64,000 bases of DNA from Chiloscyllium plagiosum (taxonomy: Eukaryota), in NCBI RefSeq assembly GCF_004010195.1, contig NC_057749.1:9311492-9375491 (forward strand), in the 5' to 3' direction. Shown here piece by piece: positions 1 through 11,928 of the stretch. The stretch's first letter is position 1; each line of letters opens with the position of its first letter. The notes beneath the pieces are model-generated. The model saw only the letters and a list, made by a program, of their open reading frames with translations. It made no database searches and was not told the origin of the DNA. The translations under genes and the position numbers were made by a program.

Positions 1-1120
1 ACGAAGAGGCAGGCATAGCTGGGACCCATGCAGGTGCCCATGGCTACTCCTTTGGTTTGGAGGAAGTGGGAGGATTGGAAGGAGAAGTTGTTAAGAGTGA
101 GGACCAGTTCAGTCAGTGGAAGGAGGGTGTCAGTGGAAGGGTACTGGTTGGGTCGGCGGGAGAGGAAGAAGCGCATCTCCTCCACTTCCCGGAATTTCCC
201 CTCCGACGAGGTCGACGATTCTCTCCACCGCATCTCCTCCACTTGCCGTATCTCCTCCACTTCCCACACCTCCGCCCTTGAACACTGCCCCTTCAATTGC
301 CACCAGGACAGAACCGCACTGGTCCTCACTTTCCACCTCACCAACCTCCGGGTACGTTGTATCATCCTCCGTCATTTCCGCCATCTCCAAACAGAACCCA
401 CCACCAGGGATATATTTCCTTCCCCACCCCTATCAGCGTTCCGGAGAGACCATTCCCTCCGCGACTCTCTCATCAGGTCCACACTCCCCACCATCCCAAC
501 CTCCACTCCCGGCACCTTCCCCTACAACCGCAAGAAGTGCAAAACTTGCGCCCACATCTCCCCCCTCACCTCCCTCCAAGGCCCCAATGGATCCTTCCAT
601 ATCCGTCGCAAATTCACCTGCACCTCCACACACATCATTTACTGTATCCACTGCACCTGATGTGATCTCCTCTACATTGGGGAGACAGGCCGCCTACTTG
701 TGGAACGTTTCGGGGAACATCTCTGGGACACCCACACCAACCAACCCAACCGCCCCGTGGCTGATCACTTTAACTCCCCCTCCCACTCTGCCAAGGACAT
801 GCAGGTCCTTGGCCTCCTCCATTGCCAGACCCTTGCCACATGACGCCTGGAGGAAGAGCGCCTCATCTTCCGCCTAGGAATCTTCCAACCACACGGGATG
901 AATGTAGATTTCTCCAGCTTCCTCATTTCCCTCCCCCCACCTTTCCCTCCCCCCTGCCTTTTATCTCAGCCTGCTTGGCACACCAGCCTCATTCCTGAAG
1001 AAGAGCTTATGCCCGAAACGCGATTCTCCTGCTCCTCGGAAGCTGCCTGGCCTGCTGCGCCTTTCCAGCACTACACTTTTCAACTCTGGTCTCCAGCATC
1101 TGCAGTCCTCACTTTCTCCT
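1..1120 (+). mobile_element. Penelope-like retroelement: GIY-YIG endonuclease region plus terminal repeat, preceded by an inverted RT fragment (1-~170, minus)
   Basis: KKCKTC...HIIYCIHCT*CDLLYIGETGR...RFGEH GIY-YIG with in-frame stops; minus strand of 1-170 reads FLQTKGVAMGTCMGPSYA; terminal CTGAAGA...CCCGAAAC motif at ~995-1020. Confidence 0.9.
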
Positions 1121-1650
1121 ATTCCTAATCAGTCCTTGCCTTTTCAAATACATGTAAACCCTGTCCCTCAGGATTCCCTCCAACAACTTGCCCACTATCA
1201 ACATCAGGCTCACTGGTCTATAGTTCCCTGGGTTTTGCTTACCACCTTTCTTAAATAGTGACAACAGGTTAGCCAACCTCCAGTCTTTCGGCACCTCACC
1301 TGTGACTATCAATGATACAAATATCTCAGTAGAGGCCCAGCAATCACTTCCACAGCTTACCACAGAGTTCTAGGATACATCTGATCAGATCCTGGGGATT
1401 TATCCACTTTCATGTGTTTCAAGACATCCAGCATTTCCTTCTCTGTAACATAGACATTTTTCAAGATGTCACCATCTATTTCCTCACATTCTGTATCTTC
1501 CATGCCCTTCTCCACAGTAAACACTGATGTAAAATACTCATTTAGTATCTCCTCCATCTTCTGCGGCTCTACATATGGGCTGCCTTACTGATCTTTGAGG
1601 GGCCCTATTCTCTCCCTAGTTACCCTTTTGTCCTTAATGTATTTAGAAAT
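1121..1650 (-). mobile_element. CR1-clade LINE internal fragment
   Basis: ILNEYFTSVFT, KSPGSDQMYPR, DWRLAN..LFKKG..NPGNYRPVSL. Confidence 0.9.
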
Positions 1651-2129
1651 ACCCTGGGTGTAGCATTTAATTAAAGAACAGATTGCTTGAAGTCTCCATG
1701 ATTTCTTTATGGATCATCGATGTATACATCTTGAGTCCTTCATGGCTGAGAAAGTTTAAACACATATCACCGTTAATTTGCACCTATTTTAAGTTCCTGA
1801 CATTAACAGGCACCAGCAAGGCTCCTTTCCAAAGAGCGGTGCCAAGCTTTTAAACTATTTTAAAGAAGGGAAATTGATAACTAACTTTAGAAAAAGGAAT
1901 GTTGAAAGATAAAGGGACTGATTTCAAGAGTGTGATTAGACTGTATGTCTCGCAGAAAGAAAACATTGGCATTGATTGGACAATTTCTATTATGATTCTG
2001 TGATAAAGTTTTTTTGGATTTCTTATCTTAGACAATCGTCTTATCTAACGATGGGCAGTAATGCTAAAGACAGCTTCATTAAAATCTCCAAGATTACAAA
2101 CAAAAACTAGAATATGCAGTAAATAAAGA

Positions 2130-2490
2130 AAGAAGGACATTTATATCATGACTGCCAGACATCCCAAAGCATTTCACACACTGTGAAATGATTCTGAAGT
2201 ATGATTCCTGTTTTAACGTAGGAAATACAGCAGCCAGTTTGCATACAGCAAGATCTCACAAACAACAATGTGACAAGGGCCAGTTACCCTGTTCATGATG
2301 TTGATTGAAAGATAAATATCAGCCAGCATCTCTTGTTCTTCCACAGAATACTTCCAAGTAGATAGGCATATCCTCAGTGTAACTGAAAGGCAGGCCCACA
2401 AACAGTGCAATTTTAACCTCAGTGCTGCAGTGGTCTATCAACCATGAGTTTTGTGTGGAAACCTTGGAATGAGACTTGAACCATACCCTA
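2130..2490 (-). mobile_element. DeuSINE (SacSINE1/AmnSINE1-like), degraded; related copies at ~13750-14095, ~35790-35960, ~46060-46290, ~59800-60280, ~63000-63350
   Basis: Shared motif GCAGCCA.TTTGCA.ACAGCAAGATC.CACAAACA.CAATG...GATAAATATTGGCCAG recurring in the window. Confidence 0.6.
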
Positions 2491-3370
2491 GTGGTACCAA
2501 CTAGTGAAATTAGAATTGAGTTGTGGTTAAAACAGAAAGAGCTGGAAAGACTCAACTGATCTTGTAGCGTCTGTAGCGAAAGGAACATATTTTGTTTTGA
2601 GTCAAATATGCTTATTTTGCTGAGCTGAAGAAAGCTAGAAATGTGATGGGTTAAGTGCCATTGAAAGGCGGGAAGGAGTGGATGAACAAAAGTGAAGGAG
2701 AATTGAAATAACAAAGTTGTTGTGAAACAAAGGCAAAGAGCATAGTAATGGTTATAGTGAAGAACAAAAGCATTGGTCCAGCCTGAATGAAAAAATAATG
2801 GGCAGCTCTGTCCAAGGGCAAAGCACAAAAAACAAAGAATGGCGCCTGACAAAAAAAAAATCAGAATGGAGGAGAGTGTTCATGGCCTGATATTGTTGAA
2901 CTCAGTATCAAGTCCAGAAGCCTGTAAAAAGTGCCTCATTAGAAGATGAGATGTTCCTCAAGCTCCACTGAAACAGTGCAACAGACAAAGAGCTGAGATA
3001 TTAGCAAGATGAAATAAAATGACAAGAAACCAGAAGCTTATGGTTATCCTTTTGGACGGAGGCAAAAGCATTCCATAAAATGGTCACTCATTCTGCATTT
3101 GGCCTCCCTAGTGTTAAAAATACCACATTACAAGAGTGAATATAGCATACTAAATTAAAAGTACGCCAGGTAAATTGCTGTGTCACCTTGAGAAAGCTGG
3201 GTCTTGGACAATGGTTGGGGGTGGGAGGTAAAAGGAAAGATGTTACACCTCTTATGACTGTTCGAGTATTTGCCATGGGAGAGATAATGGCTGTGATTTG
3301 AAGAGGAGATCAGTGTGTTTTAACAAAATAAAAGTCTCTTCAAAATACTCACACAAGAGGGGGAAGTGAG

Positions 3371-3650
3371 GGCAACATGGTGGCTCAGTGTTTAGCACTG
3401 CAGCCTCACAACGCTAGGGACCCGGTTTCAATTCCAGCCTCGGGCTGTCTGTGTGGAATTTGCACATCTCCCCGTGACTGCGTGGGTTTCTTCCGGATGC
3501 TCCAGTTTCCTCCCACAATTCGAAGATGTGCAGGTTAGGTGAGGCCATATAAATTGTCCATAGTGTTCAGGGATCTGAAGGTTCAGGGTAAATGTAGAGT
3601 AATGAGGAATGGGTTGGTTGGGATACACTTCAGAGGGTCGGTGTGGACTG
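3371..3650 (+). mobile_element. HE1-type tRNA-derived V-SINE
   Basis: A/B-box head GGTGGCTCAGTG.TTAGCACTGC...CCCGG.TTCAATTCC and V-domain GTGTGGA.TTTGCAC...TGCGTGGGTTTCC. Confidence 0.85.
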
Positions 3651-4293
3651 AAGAGCCTTTAAATATAAGGACAAAATGATGCTAAATTAGTACAAGGCAA
3701 AAACTAGATTGCAGCTGGAGCATTGTGATTGTAAGAACATCAGAACCATGAATGGTTACAGAATTATGACAAACAAAATGTTATAATTATACAACAAGCT
3801 TTGAAACAGTGGGCTTTTCCCCCCAGAAGAGTGAACATTAAATGGGATGTAATGGGTTTTCATAAGTATAAATAGTCTTGATGTGGCAAGTAATGAAACA
3901 TTGTTTCAACTAGCTGGTGAATTAATAACAAGGGAGTGCACACTCAAACTTGCCATTACATGAACAAAATTAGACTTTGAATGAAGCACTTCACAGTTAT
4001 TAGACTATGAAATATTTTAGGAGAAGGCACTATTGATAATATAAAAGAAATTTGGCTAAATGTTTGAGAAGAGGAGACTGCAGAAGGTCCAGTGGAAATG
4101 ATAAAGACATTGTTTTTGACTTGACAGTTCCAGTTCAGGATATAAGACAGGAACATAAATGTGAGACAGATAAGATGCACAATAATTTCTATATGAGTCA
4201 TGAACATCAAATGACTTTAAAATATATTACTATAGTAATTATCCTGTGCTAAACAAGAGTACACAAATAAGTATCACACAACACCAGGTTATA

Positions 4294-5542
4294 GTCATAG
4301 AGATGTACAGCATGGAAACAGACCCTTCGGTCCAACCTGTCCATGCCGACCAGATATCCCTACCCAATCTAGTCTCACCTGCCACACCCAGCCCATATTC
4401 CTCCAAACCCTTCCTATTCATATACCCATCCAAATGCCTCTTAAATGTTGCAATTGTACCAGCCACCTCGGGCAGCTCATTCCACACACGTACCACCCTC
4501 TACGTGAAAATGTTGCCCCTTAGGTCTCTTTTATGTCTTTCCCCTCTCACCATAAACCTATGCCCTCTAGTTCTGGACTCCCCAACCCCAGGGAAAAGAC
4601 TTTGTCTATTTATTCTGTCCATGCCCCTCATACTTTTGTAAACCTCTATAATGTCACCCCTCAGACTCCAACGCTCAGGGAAAACAGCCCCAGCCTGTTC
4701 AGCCTCTCCCTATAGCTCAAATCCTCCAACCCTGGCAACATCCTTGTAAATCTTTTTGNNNNNNNNNNNNNNNNNNNNNNNNNNNNNNNNNNNNNNNNNN
4801 NNNNNNNNNNNNNNNNNNNNNNNNNNNNNNNNNNNNNNNNNNNNNNNNNNNNNNNNNNNNNNNNNNNNNNNNNNNNNNNNNNNNNNNNNNNNNNNNNNNN
4901 NNNNNNNNNNNNNNNNNNNNNNNNNNNNNNNNNNNNNNNNNNNNNNNNNNNNNNNNNNNNNNNNNNNNNNNNNNNNNNNNNNNNNNNNNNNNNNNNNNNN
5001 NNNNNNNNNNNNNNNNNNNNNNNNNNNNNNNNNNNNNNNNNNNNNNNNNNNNNNNNNNNNNNNNNNNNNNNNNNNNNNNNNNNNNNNNNNNNNNNNNNNN
5101 NNNNNNNNNNNNNNNNNNNNNNNNNNNNNNNNNNNNNNNNNNNNNNNNNNNNNNNNNNNNNNNNNNNNNNNNNNNNNNNNNNNNNNNNNNNNNNNNNNNN
5201 NNNNNNNNNNNNNNNNNNNNNNNNNNNNNNNNNNNNNNNNNNNNNNNNNNNNNNNNNNNNNNNNNNNNNNNNNNNNNNNNNNNNNNNNNNNNNNNNNNNN
5301 NNNNNNNNNNNNNNNNNNNNNNNNNNNNNNNNNNNNAATCAGTCCTTGCCTTTCCAAATACATGTACATCCTGTCCCTCAGGATTCCCTCCAACAACTTG
5401 CCCACCACCGAGGTCAGGCTCACCGGTCTATAGTTCCCTGGCTTGTCTTTACTGCCCTTCTTAAACAGTGGCACCACGTTTGCCAACCTCCAAGTCTTCC
5501 GGCACCTCACCTGTGACTATTGATGATACAAATATCTCAGCA
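4294..5542 (-). mobile_element. CR1-clade LINE 3' portion (spans an assembly gap)
   Basis: CTCTATGACT-type 3' tail at ~4294; WNELPE...FKRHLDGYM; LFKKGSKDKPGNYRPVSLTSVVGK. Confidence 0.9.
4759..5336. other. Assembly gap (578 N)
   Basis: Run of N. Confidence 1.
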
Positions 5543-5716
5543 AGTCCAACAGGTTTATTTGGAAGCACTAGCTTTCAGAGCGCTGCTCCTTCACCTGATG
5601 AAGGAGCAGCACTCCGAAAGCTAGTGCTTCCAAATAAATCTTTCGGACTATAACCTGGTATTGTGTGCTTTTTAACTTTATCCACCCCAGTCCATCACCG
5701 GCACCTCCAAATCATG
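5543..5716. mobile_element. Short palindromic Penelope-derived element with hammerhead core; its left end lies at 4273-4296
   Basis: Inverted arms ggaagcactagctttc..gc.ctgctccttca / tgaaggagcagc..ctccgaaagctagtgcttcc; a single-arm relative lies at 57110-57236. Confidence 0.75.
5592..5626 (+). ncRNA. Minimal type I hammerhead ribozyme motif (Penelope-associated)
   Basis: CAC-CUGAUGA-A-GGAG(CAGCA)CUCC-GAAA-GCUA-GUG. Confidence 0.7.
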
Positions 5717-5836
5717 ACAAATAGGATTGTTGATAAATAACCAGTTAATTAGTATCTCCATTGGTAGTATTTGAAGAAGGAACATTAGCCAGGAGAGTTC
5801 TCTTTTTAAAGAAAATACTATGGAATCACAGTGGAT

Positions 5837-6448
5837 TTTGCCAGCATTTGGGCCATATTCCGCTAAACCCTTCCTATACATATAGCCATCCAGATGCCTT
5901 TTCAATGTTGTAATTGTACCAGTCTCCACCACTACCTCTGGCAGCTCGTTCCTTACATGCACTACCCTCTGTGTGAAAAAGTTGCTCCTTAGGTCCCTTT
6001 TAAATCTTTCCCCTCTCACCTTAAATATCTGCCCTCTAATTTTTCCCTACCCTGGGGAAATGTCTGTGAATATTCACCTTATCATGCCTCTCATGATTTT
6101 GTAAACTTCTGTAAGGTCACTCCTCAGCCTCCAATGTTCCAGGGGTAAAAACCGCAGCCTATTCAGCCTCTCCCTCTAGCTCAAACCCTCCAACTCTGGC
6201 AGCATCCTTGTAATTTTTTTTCCGAGCTCTTTCAAGTTTCACAACATCTTTGTCATATCTGGGAGACCAGAATGGAATGTAGTGTTACAAAAGTGGCCTA
6301 ACCAATGTCCAGTATGGCTGCAGCATAATCTCCCAACTCCTATACTCAGTGCACTGACCAATAAAGGCAAGCGTATCAAATGCCTTCTTCATTACCCTGT
6401 CTATCAGTGACTCACTTTTCATGGAACTGTGAATTCCAAGGTCTCTTT
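5837..6448 (-). mobile_element. CR1-clade LINE 3' fragment
   Basis: FKRDLRSNFFTQRVV..NELPE..LKRHLDGYM. Confidence 0.88.
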
Positions 6449-6689
6449 GTAAAAACATTATTTACAATGTTTAAAATAAGCTGAGACTTAAGGTTTGTTA
6501 CGTCAAATGTTAACATTTCAAAATAAAGTAACGTCAGTATAACTAATTTGTCAGACAGTCAATTGTCCCATGCACTCTGATTGTTACATTTCTATCTGCT
6601 GCTGAAGCCCTCACCCATTCTCTGTTTTCTCCAGACTGGAGTTTGTCAATACCATCCTAGCAGGTCACACAAACATAAGATTATCCAAC

Positions 6690-7142
6690 GCACTTAGTGA
6701 GTTTTGAGAAGATTTGTCGATCAGGTTGAGGTTCTGGATGTAAGTTTGGTCACTGAGCTGGAAGGTTCATTTCCAGACAGTTTGTCACCCTAATAGGTAA
6801 CATCTTCAGTGGACCTCTGGGCAAAGCACTGCTGATGATTCCTGCTTTCTATTTATATGTTTGGGTTTCTTTGGGTTGGTGATGTCAGTTCCTGTGGTGA
6901 TGTCATTTCCTGTTCTTTTTCTCGGGGGTGGTAGATGGGGTCAAACCCGATGGGTTTGTTGATAGAGTTCTGGTTGGAATGCCATTCTTCTAGGAATTCT
7001 CGTGTGTGTCTCTGTTTGGCTTGTTCTAGGATGGATGTGTTTCCGCAGTCAAAGTGATGTCCTTCCTTATCTGTATGTAAGGATACTAGTGAGAGAGAGT
7101 CATGTCGTTTTGTGGCTAGTTGATTTTCATGTATCCTGATGG
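6690..7142 (-). mobile_element. Penelope-like element 3' end (second family)
   Basis: RIHENQLATKRHDSLSLVSLH...REFLEEWHS..SINK (GIY-YIG C-terminus) and terminal repeat with CTGAAGA hammerhead motif. Confidence 0.85.
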
Positions 7143-9810
7143 ATTCCAGAATTTTACCAACAACCGAGGTTAAGCTAATTGGCCTATAATTTTCCATCTT
7201 TTGTCTTTATCCTATCTTGAACAAGGGGGTTACAACAGCAATTTTCCAATCATCTGTGTCTTTCCCTGACTCCAGTGAAAGATCACAACCAACACCTCTA
7301 CTATTTCCTCAGCCATCTCCCTCGGAACTCTAGGATGTAACCCATCGGGAGCAGGATATTTATCAATTTTTAGACCTTTTAACTTTTTCTCGCACTTTCT
7401 CTTTTGTAATGGCTACCATAGCCTATTTCCTCAGCCATCTCCCTCGGAACTCTAGGATGTAACCCATCGGGAGCAGGATATTTATCAATTGTTAGACCTT
7501 TTAACTTTTTCTCGCACTTTCTCTTTTGTAATGGCTACCATACTCAACTCTGCCCCCTGACTCTCCTTAATTGTTAGGATATTACTCATGTCTTCCACTG
7601 TGAATACTGATGCAAAGTACTTATTATGTTCTTCAGCTATTTCCTTATCTCCCATCACTCGCCTTCCAGCATCAATTTGGAGCAGCCCAATGTCTACTTT
7701 TGCCTCTTGATTGTTTCTCTTGTATTGAAAAAACTTTTCCTATCATTTCTAATATTACTGGCTAGCCTCTCCTTCCTTACTTCTCTCTTTGTTATCCTCT
7801 GTTTGTTTTGTCGCCTTCCCAATCTTCTGATTTCCCAGTGCTTTTGGCCACTTTCTAGGCTCTCTCTTTTTCTTTGATACATTTCCTGACTTCCTTCGTC
7901 AGCCATGGCTATCTAATTTCCACCCAGATAATCTTTCTTTTCTTTGGGATGAACCTCCGTACTGTGTCCTCAATTACACTCAGAAATTTCTGCCATTGTT
8001 GCTCTACTGTCTTCCCCATTAGGCTCTACTTCCAGTCAATGTTCGTCAGTTCCTCTCTCATGCCCCTGTAATTATCTTTATTTAACTGTGCCACCATTAC
8101 CTCCGATTTTTGCCTTCTCTCTTTCAAATTGCAGTTGGAACTCTACTATATTATGATTGCTGCCTCCTCAGTGTTCCCTTACTTTAAGCTCTTTTATAGA
8201 GTCCGGCTCATTACATAGCACTAAGTCCAGAATAGCCTGCTCCCTTGTGGGCTCCATCACAAGCTGTTCCAAGAAGCCATCCCATAAGCATTCCATGAAT
8301 TCCCTTCCTTTGGGTCCACCGGCAACATTATTCGCCCAGTCCACCTGAATATTGAAGTCCCCATGATCACCGTGACCTTGCCTTTCTGACATGCCCTATC
8401 TCTTTCCCGGTACACCTTGCGCCCCTGGTCCTAACCACTGCTGGGAGGTCTGTATATAACTCCCATTATGGTTTTTTTACTCTTGTGGTTCCTCAACTGC
8501 ACCTCTGCCTACAAACCTGACCTTGAGAATTTTTTAAAACACCACTGCTGGGAGGTCTGTATATAACTCCCATTATGGTTTTTTTACCCTTGTGGTTCCT
8601 CAACTGCACCTCTGCGGACTCCACATCATCTGACCCTCTGTCATTCAGTGCCATAGATTTAATTTCATTCTTAATTAACAAGGCAACCCCGTCCCCTCTG
8701 CCCACCTCTCTGTCTTTTCGATAAATTGTAACTCCTTGGATGTTTAACTGCCAGTCCTGAATCCCCTGCAACCACGTCTCTATGATGCTTTCCACACATA
8801 ATCATTCACGATGATTTGTGTGTTAATTCGTCTACTTTGTTACGAATGCTATGAGCATTCAGGTAAAGTCCTTAATGCTAACTTTCTTATCATTATCAGA
8901 GATATTGGAAATCATAAGATGTCCTAAGTTATCCTTCCTTTTTGCTGCATTCCGAGTCTGCATTGAGTTTAAACCCACCTGCACCCATGCTATCCTGCTG
9001 CTTATCTTTCCATTTAACTCCATATTCCCTGTCATTTTCGCTTTTCCCTTCCCTCTAACTCGGAAGTTTAAAGTCCTACTGACCACCCTATTTATCTTTC
9101 TCACGAGAACACTGGTTCCAGATTGGTTCAGGTGGAGACCATCCCAACGGTACAGATCCTCCCAGTTTCAAAACTGATGCCAATGCCCCGTGAAATGGAA
9201 TCCCTCTTTCCCATACCAATCCTTGAGCCATGTGTTTACTTCCCTAACTTTCTTTTCCCTATGCCAATTGGCATGTGGTTCGAGCAATAATCCGGAGATT
9301 GTGAACCTTGAGGACCTGTACTTCAATTTCCTTCCTCATGCTTGATAATCCCCAAACAGGTCCTCCACCCTAGCTTTGCCTATGTTGTTAGTCCCAACAT
9401 GGATCACAACAACTGGATCCTTCCCCTCCTGCTCCAATATCCTTTCAAGCTGGTCGGAGATGTCCTGCACCCTGGCACCGGGCAGGTAACACACCATGCG
9501 GGACTCCCGAACCAGCTTGCATAAGATACTATCCGTCCCCCTAATTATAGAATCCTCTATAACAGCCACTTGTCTTTTTGCTCCCCCCTCTTGAATGGCC
9601 TTCCGTACCCTGGTGCCATGGTCAGCTGGCTCGTCCTGTCAACAGCCCTTTCCCTCATCCGTACAGGAAGCAAGAATCTCATACCTGTTGGACAAGGTCA
9701 AGGGCTGAAGCTCCTGCTCTCCTGAACTCAGAATCCCCCTACCTGCCTCACTTATAGTCACACCCTGTTGTCCCTGAACACTTACTGAATTTGAAATACT
9801 TAATCTACTG
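7143..9810 (-). mobile_element. CR1-clade LINE 5' half: ORF1 SGNH esterase and ORF2 endonuclease/tether, degraded
   Basis: DSIIRG...LPGARVQD...VVVIHVGTNNIG (9336-9569); ETWLQ, GVIYRPP, GDFNIQVDW, ILDLVLCN, NYRPISLTSVVGK. Confidence 0.92.
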
Positions 9811-9814
9811 GGTT

Positions 9815-10375
9815 ACCATTGACCAAAAACTGAACTAGATAAATAAATATTCTTGTTACAAAAACAAAGACTATAAACCCTGCAACAAGTCACCCATCCA
9901 CCATCTACCAAGCACCAGTCAGGAAAGTGATGGAATATACCCCACTTATGTGGATGAGGGCAGCTCCAATAACTCTTGAGAAGCTCAATACCATCCAGGA
10001 TAAAGTAGGTCACTTGATTGTATCTTCCCTTCTACCACCAAAACTCAGCAGCAGCAGTATGTACCATCAACAAGGTTCACTGCAGAAATTTACCAAGGCT
10101 CCTTAGACAACGCCTTCTGAATGTATGACCATTACCATTAAGAAGGAGAAGGGCAGCAGATGCATGACCTCCTGCAAGTTCCTGTCCAAGCCGCTCCTCG
10201 TTCTTACTTGGAAATGTATCGCCGTTCCTTCTGTGTCACTGAGTCAAAGTTCTTAACTCCCAAACAGTATTGCTGATGTACTGGCACTGAATGGACTGCA
10301 GTGGTTCAAGGCAGCTCAGCACCACCTTCTAAACGACAAATAGGAATGGGCAATAAATGCTGGACACCCATATCT
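9815..10375 (+). mobile_element. Older LINE (CR1/L2 group) 3' end; related copies at ~14860-15270, 19345-19600, 39050-39365, 63800-64000
   Basis: Recurrent GATGGAATA..CCACTT..TGGATGAG.GCAGCTCCAA...GGACTGCAG.GGTTCAAG...GGGCAATAAATGCTGG. Confidence 0.65.
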
Positions 10376-11928
10376 GATTAATAGAATATTTAAAAAATTG
10401 ATGACATTCTCTTGTAGTTATAGTTTTCGCTCTAAAAAGCAGAACCACTCTAATGAGTCAGGCTTATTTCCATGAAAATGGCCTTCTACAAACTATAAAA
10501 CGTGGACTAAGATCTCCTGTGTATAAAAACAACCAGCAACCTCCCAGTGCCTCTAGTAAAAATTCACTGAACTTCCCCTGCTATGCAATCACTTTTACTT
10601 TTTTAGTTCACATCAAGGTCAAGCCTACCTCTTAAAGTGGCAGGTCACAGAACAATCAAAAGCTTGATTTAAGGATGAATTCCTCCACATTGATTTGTAA
10701 AATGTGATCCTTTCTAATCAAGGAACTACAGGTACTGATTTTGTTGAAACACACTGTTGGGAATGCTGCCACTAATAAAATATGGAATGGAAAAGTGAAG
10801 GTTTGAGATATGAAAAAGATAAAAAGCAAATTGCATGGAGAGGATTTATGTCATCAATAATGTTTTCAGTCATTCTAATCACCCTTGAATCAATAATCTG
10901 CTACTATAAGAGTTGCAAACATCCTATACTTTTACAATGGGGATGAATAAATGAGATCCAAATATTTGAGTAGTTAATTTGAAAAAAATCAATCCTAGCT
11001 CTTATACACTGATCAGTGCTTGATCCTTTCCAGACCTCTGGAGAATGTAGAACAACATTTTGCTGTATTAAATCAGTAAGTGCCTTCAAGAGAATAAAGG
11101 GAAAAAAAATCAGAGAAAATATATGTCACTAAATGAATTGTAGAATTACTCAATGATAAGACAATGTCTATGATTGAACGCACAAAATGAAATTGCCTGT
11201 ATCTTTGTCATTATATTTGCACTATGGCTATAAAGGATGTATAAAATTTTGGTTCTTTTCTAAATGCAGTGTAATCTTTGAATACAGAAGGGATTGCAAT
11301 TGCAGCTTAATGAGGAACATATGCGTGCAGTAGAAATAGAGCAACAGGAACTACAGCAGCTAGCTTGAGGCGGTGACGTCCTGACATCGGTAAGAGAGAC
11401 ACGCAACAACCTCATAAAAAAATTACTTCAGTTAAATCTACTCAGCAAAACTGATTAACTGACCTCATTTGTTATGGTTATTGCTACTACCATTTGACAT
11501 TGTTCATTATGATGTCCGATAAAGATCTGTATTTTAGCTGTAATACACAGGGCATTCTGTATCCCTCTAACATATGAAAAGGAAATAATTTTACATTTTA
11601 CATGCAATATACTAGGGTTAGCAAGGTAAAAGAACGATAAGAGAAATGGGGTAAATTCTGGTCTCAGATAGTTTTCAGATGTCAATTTTGAGCTCTGTAG
11701 CCAGCTCACATCAGAACCTGAAAGGCCTTCACATCAATGAAAACTGAGCCTTGCACCTTCAAGGTATTTGTCCTAACAGGCATCTCAGCCAAATGAAGAC
11801 TGTGATGGACCATCTGACTCATTGGCGGCAGACTTTGGGGAAGTCCCAGGAGCAAAGACCGGAGTGGGTGACAGCAGCACTTCCAGATCTGTGGGTCATG
11901 ATCCTCAGTGGAATTTCAAGATATGATC

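Noticed and set aside
116..877. Pro/Ser-rich 253-aa ORF
   Set aside because: Alternative frame of a C-rich Penelope sequence.
3371..3445. tRNA-like A/B-box sequences (also ~25460, ~35560-35632, ~61005)
   Set aside because: SINE heads followed by the V-domain; no full cloverleaf.
4710..5510. Long ORFs of X residues (also 52445-52804)
   Set aside because: Artefacts of N gaps.
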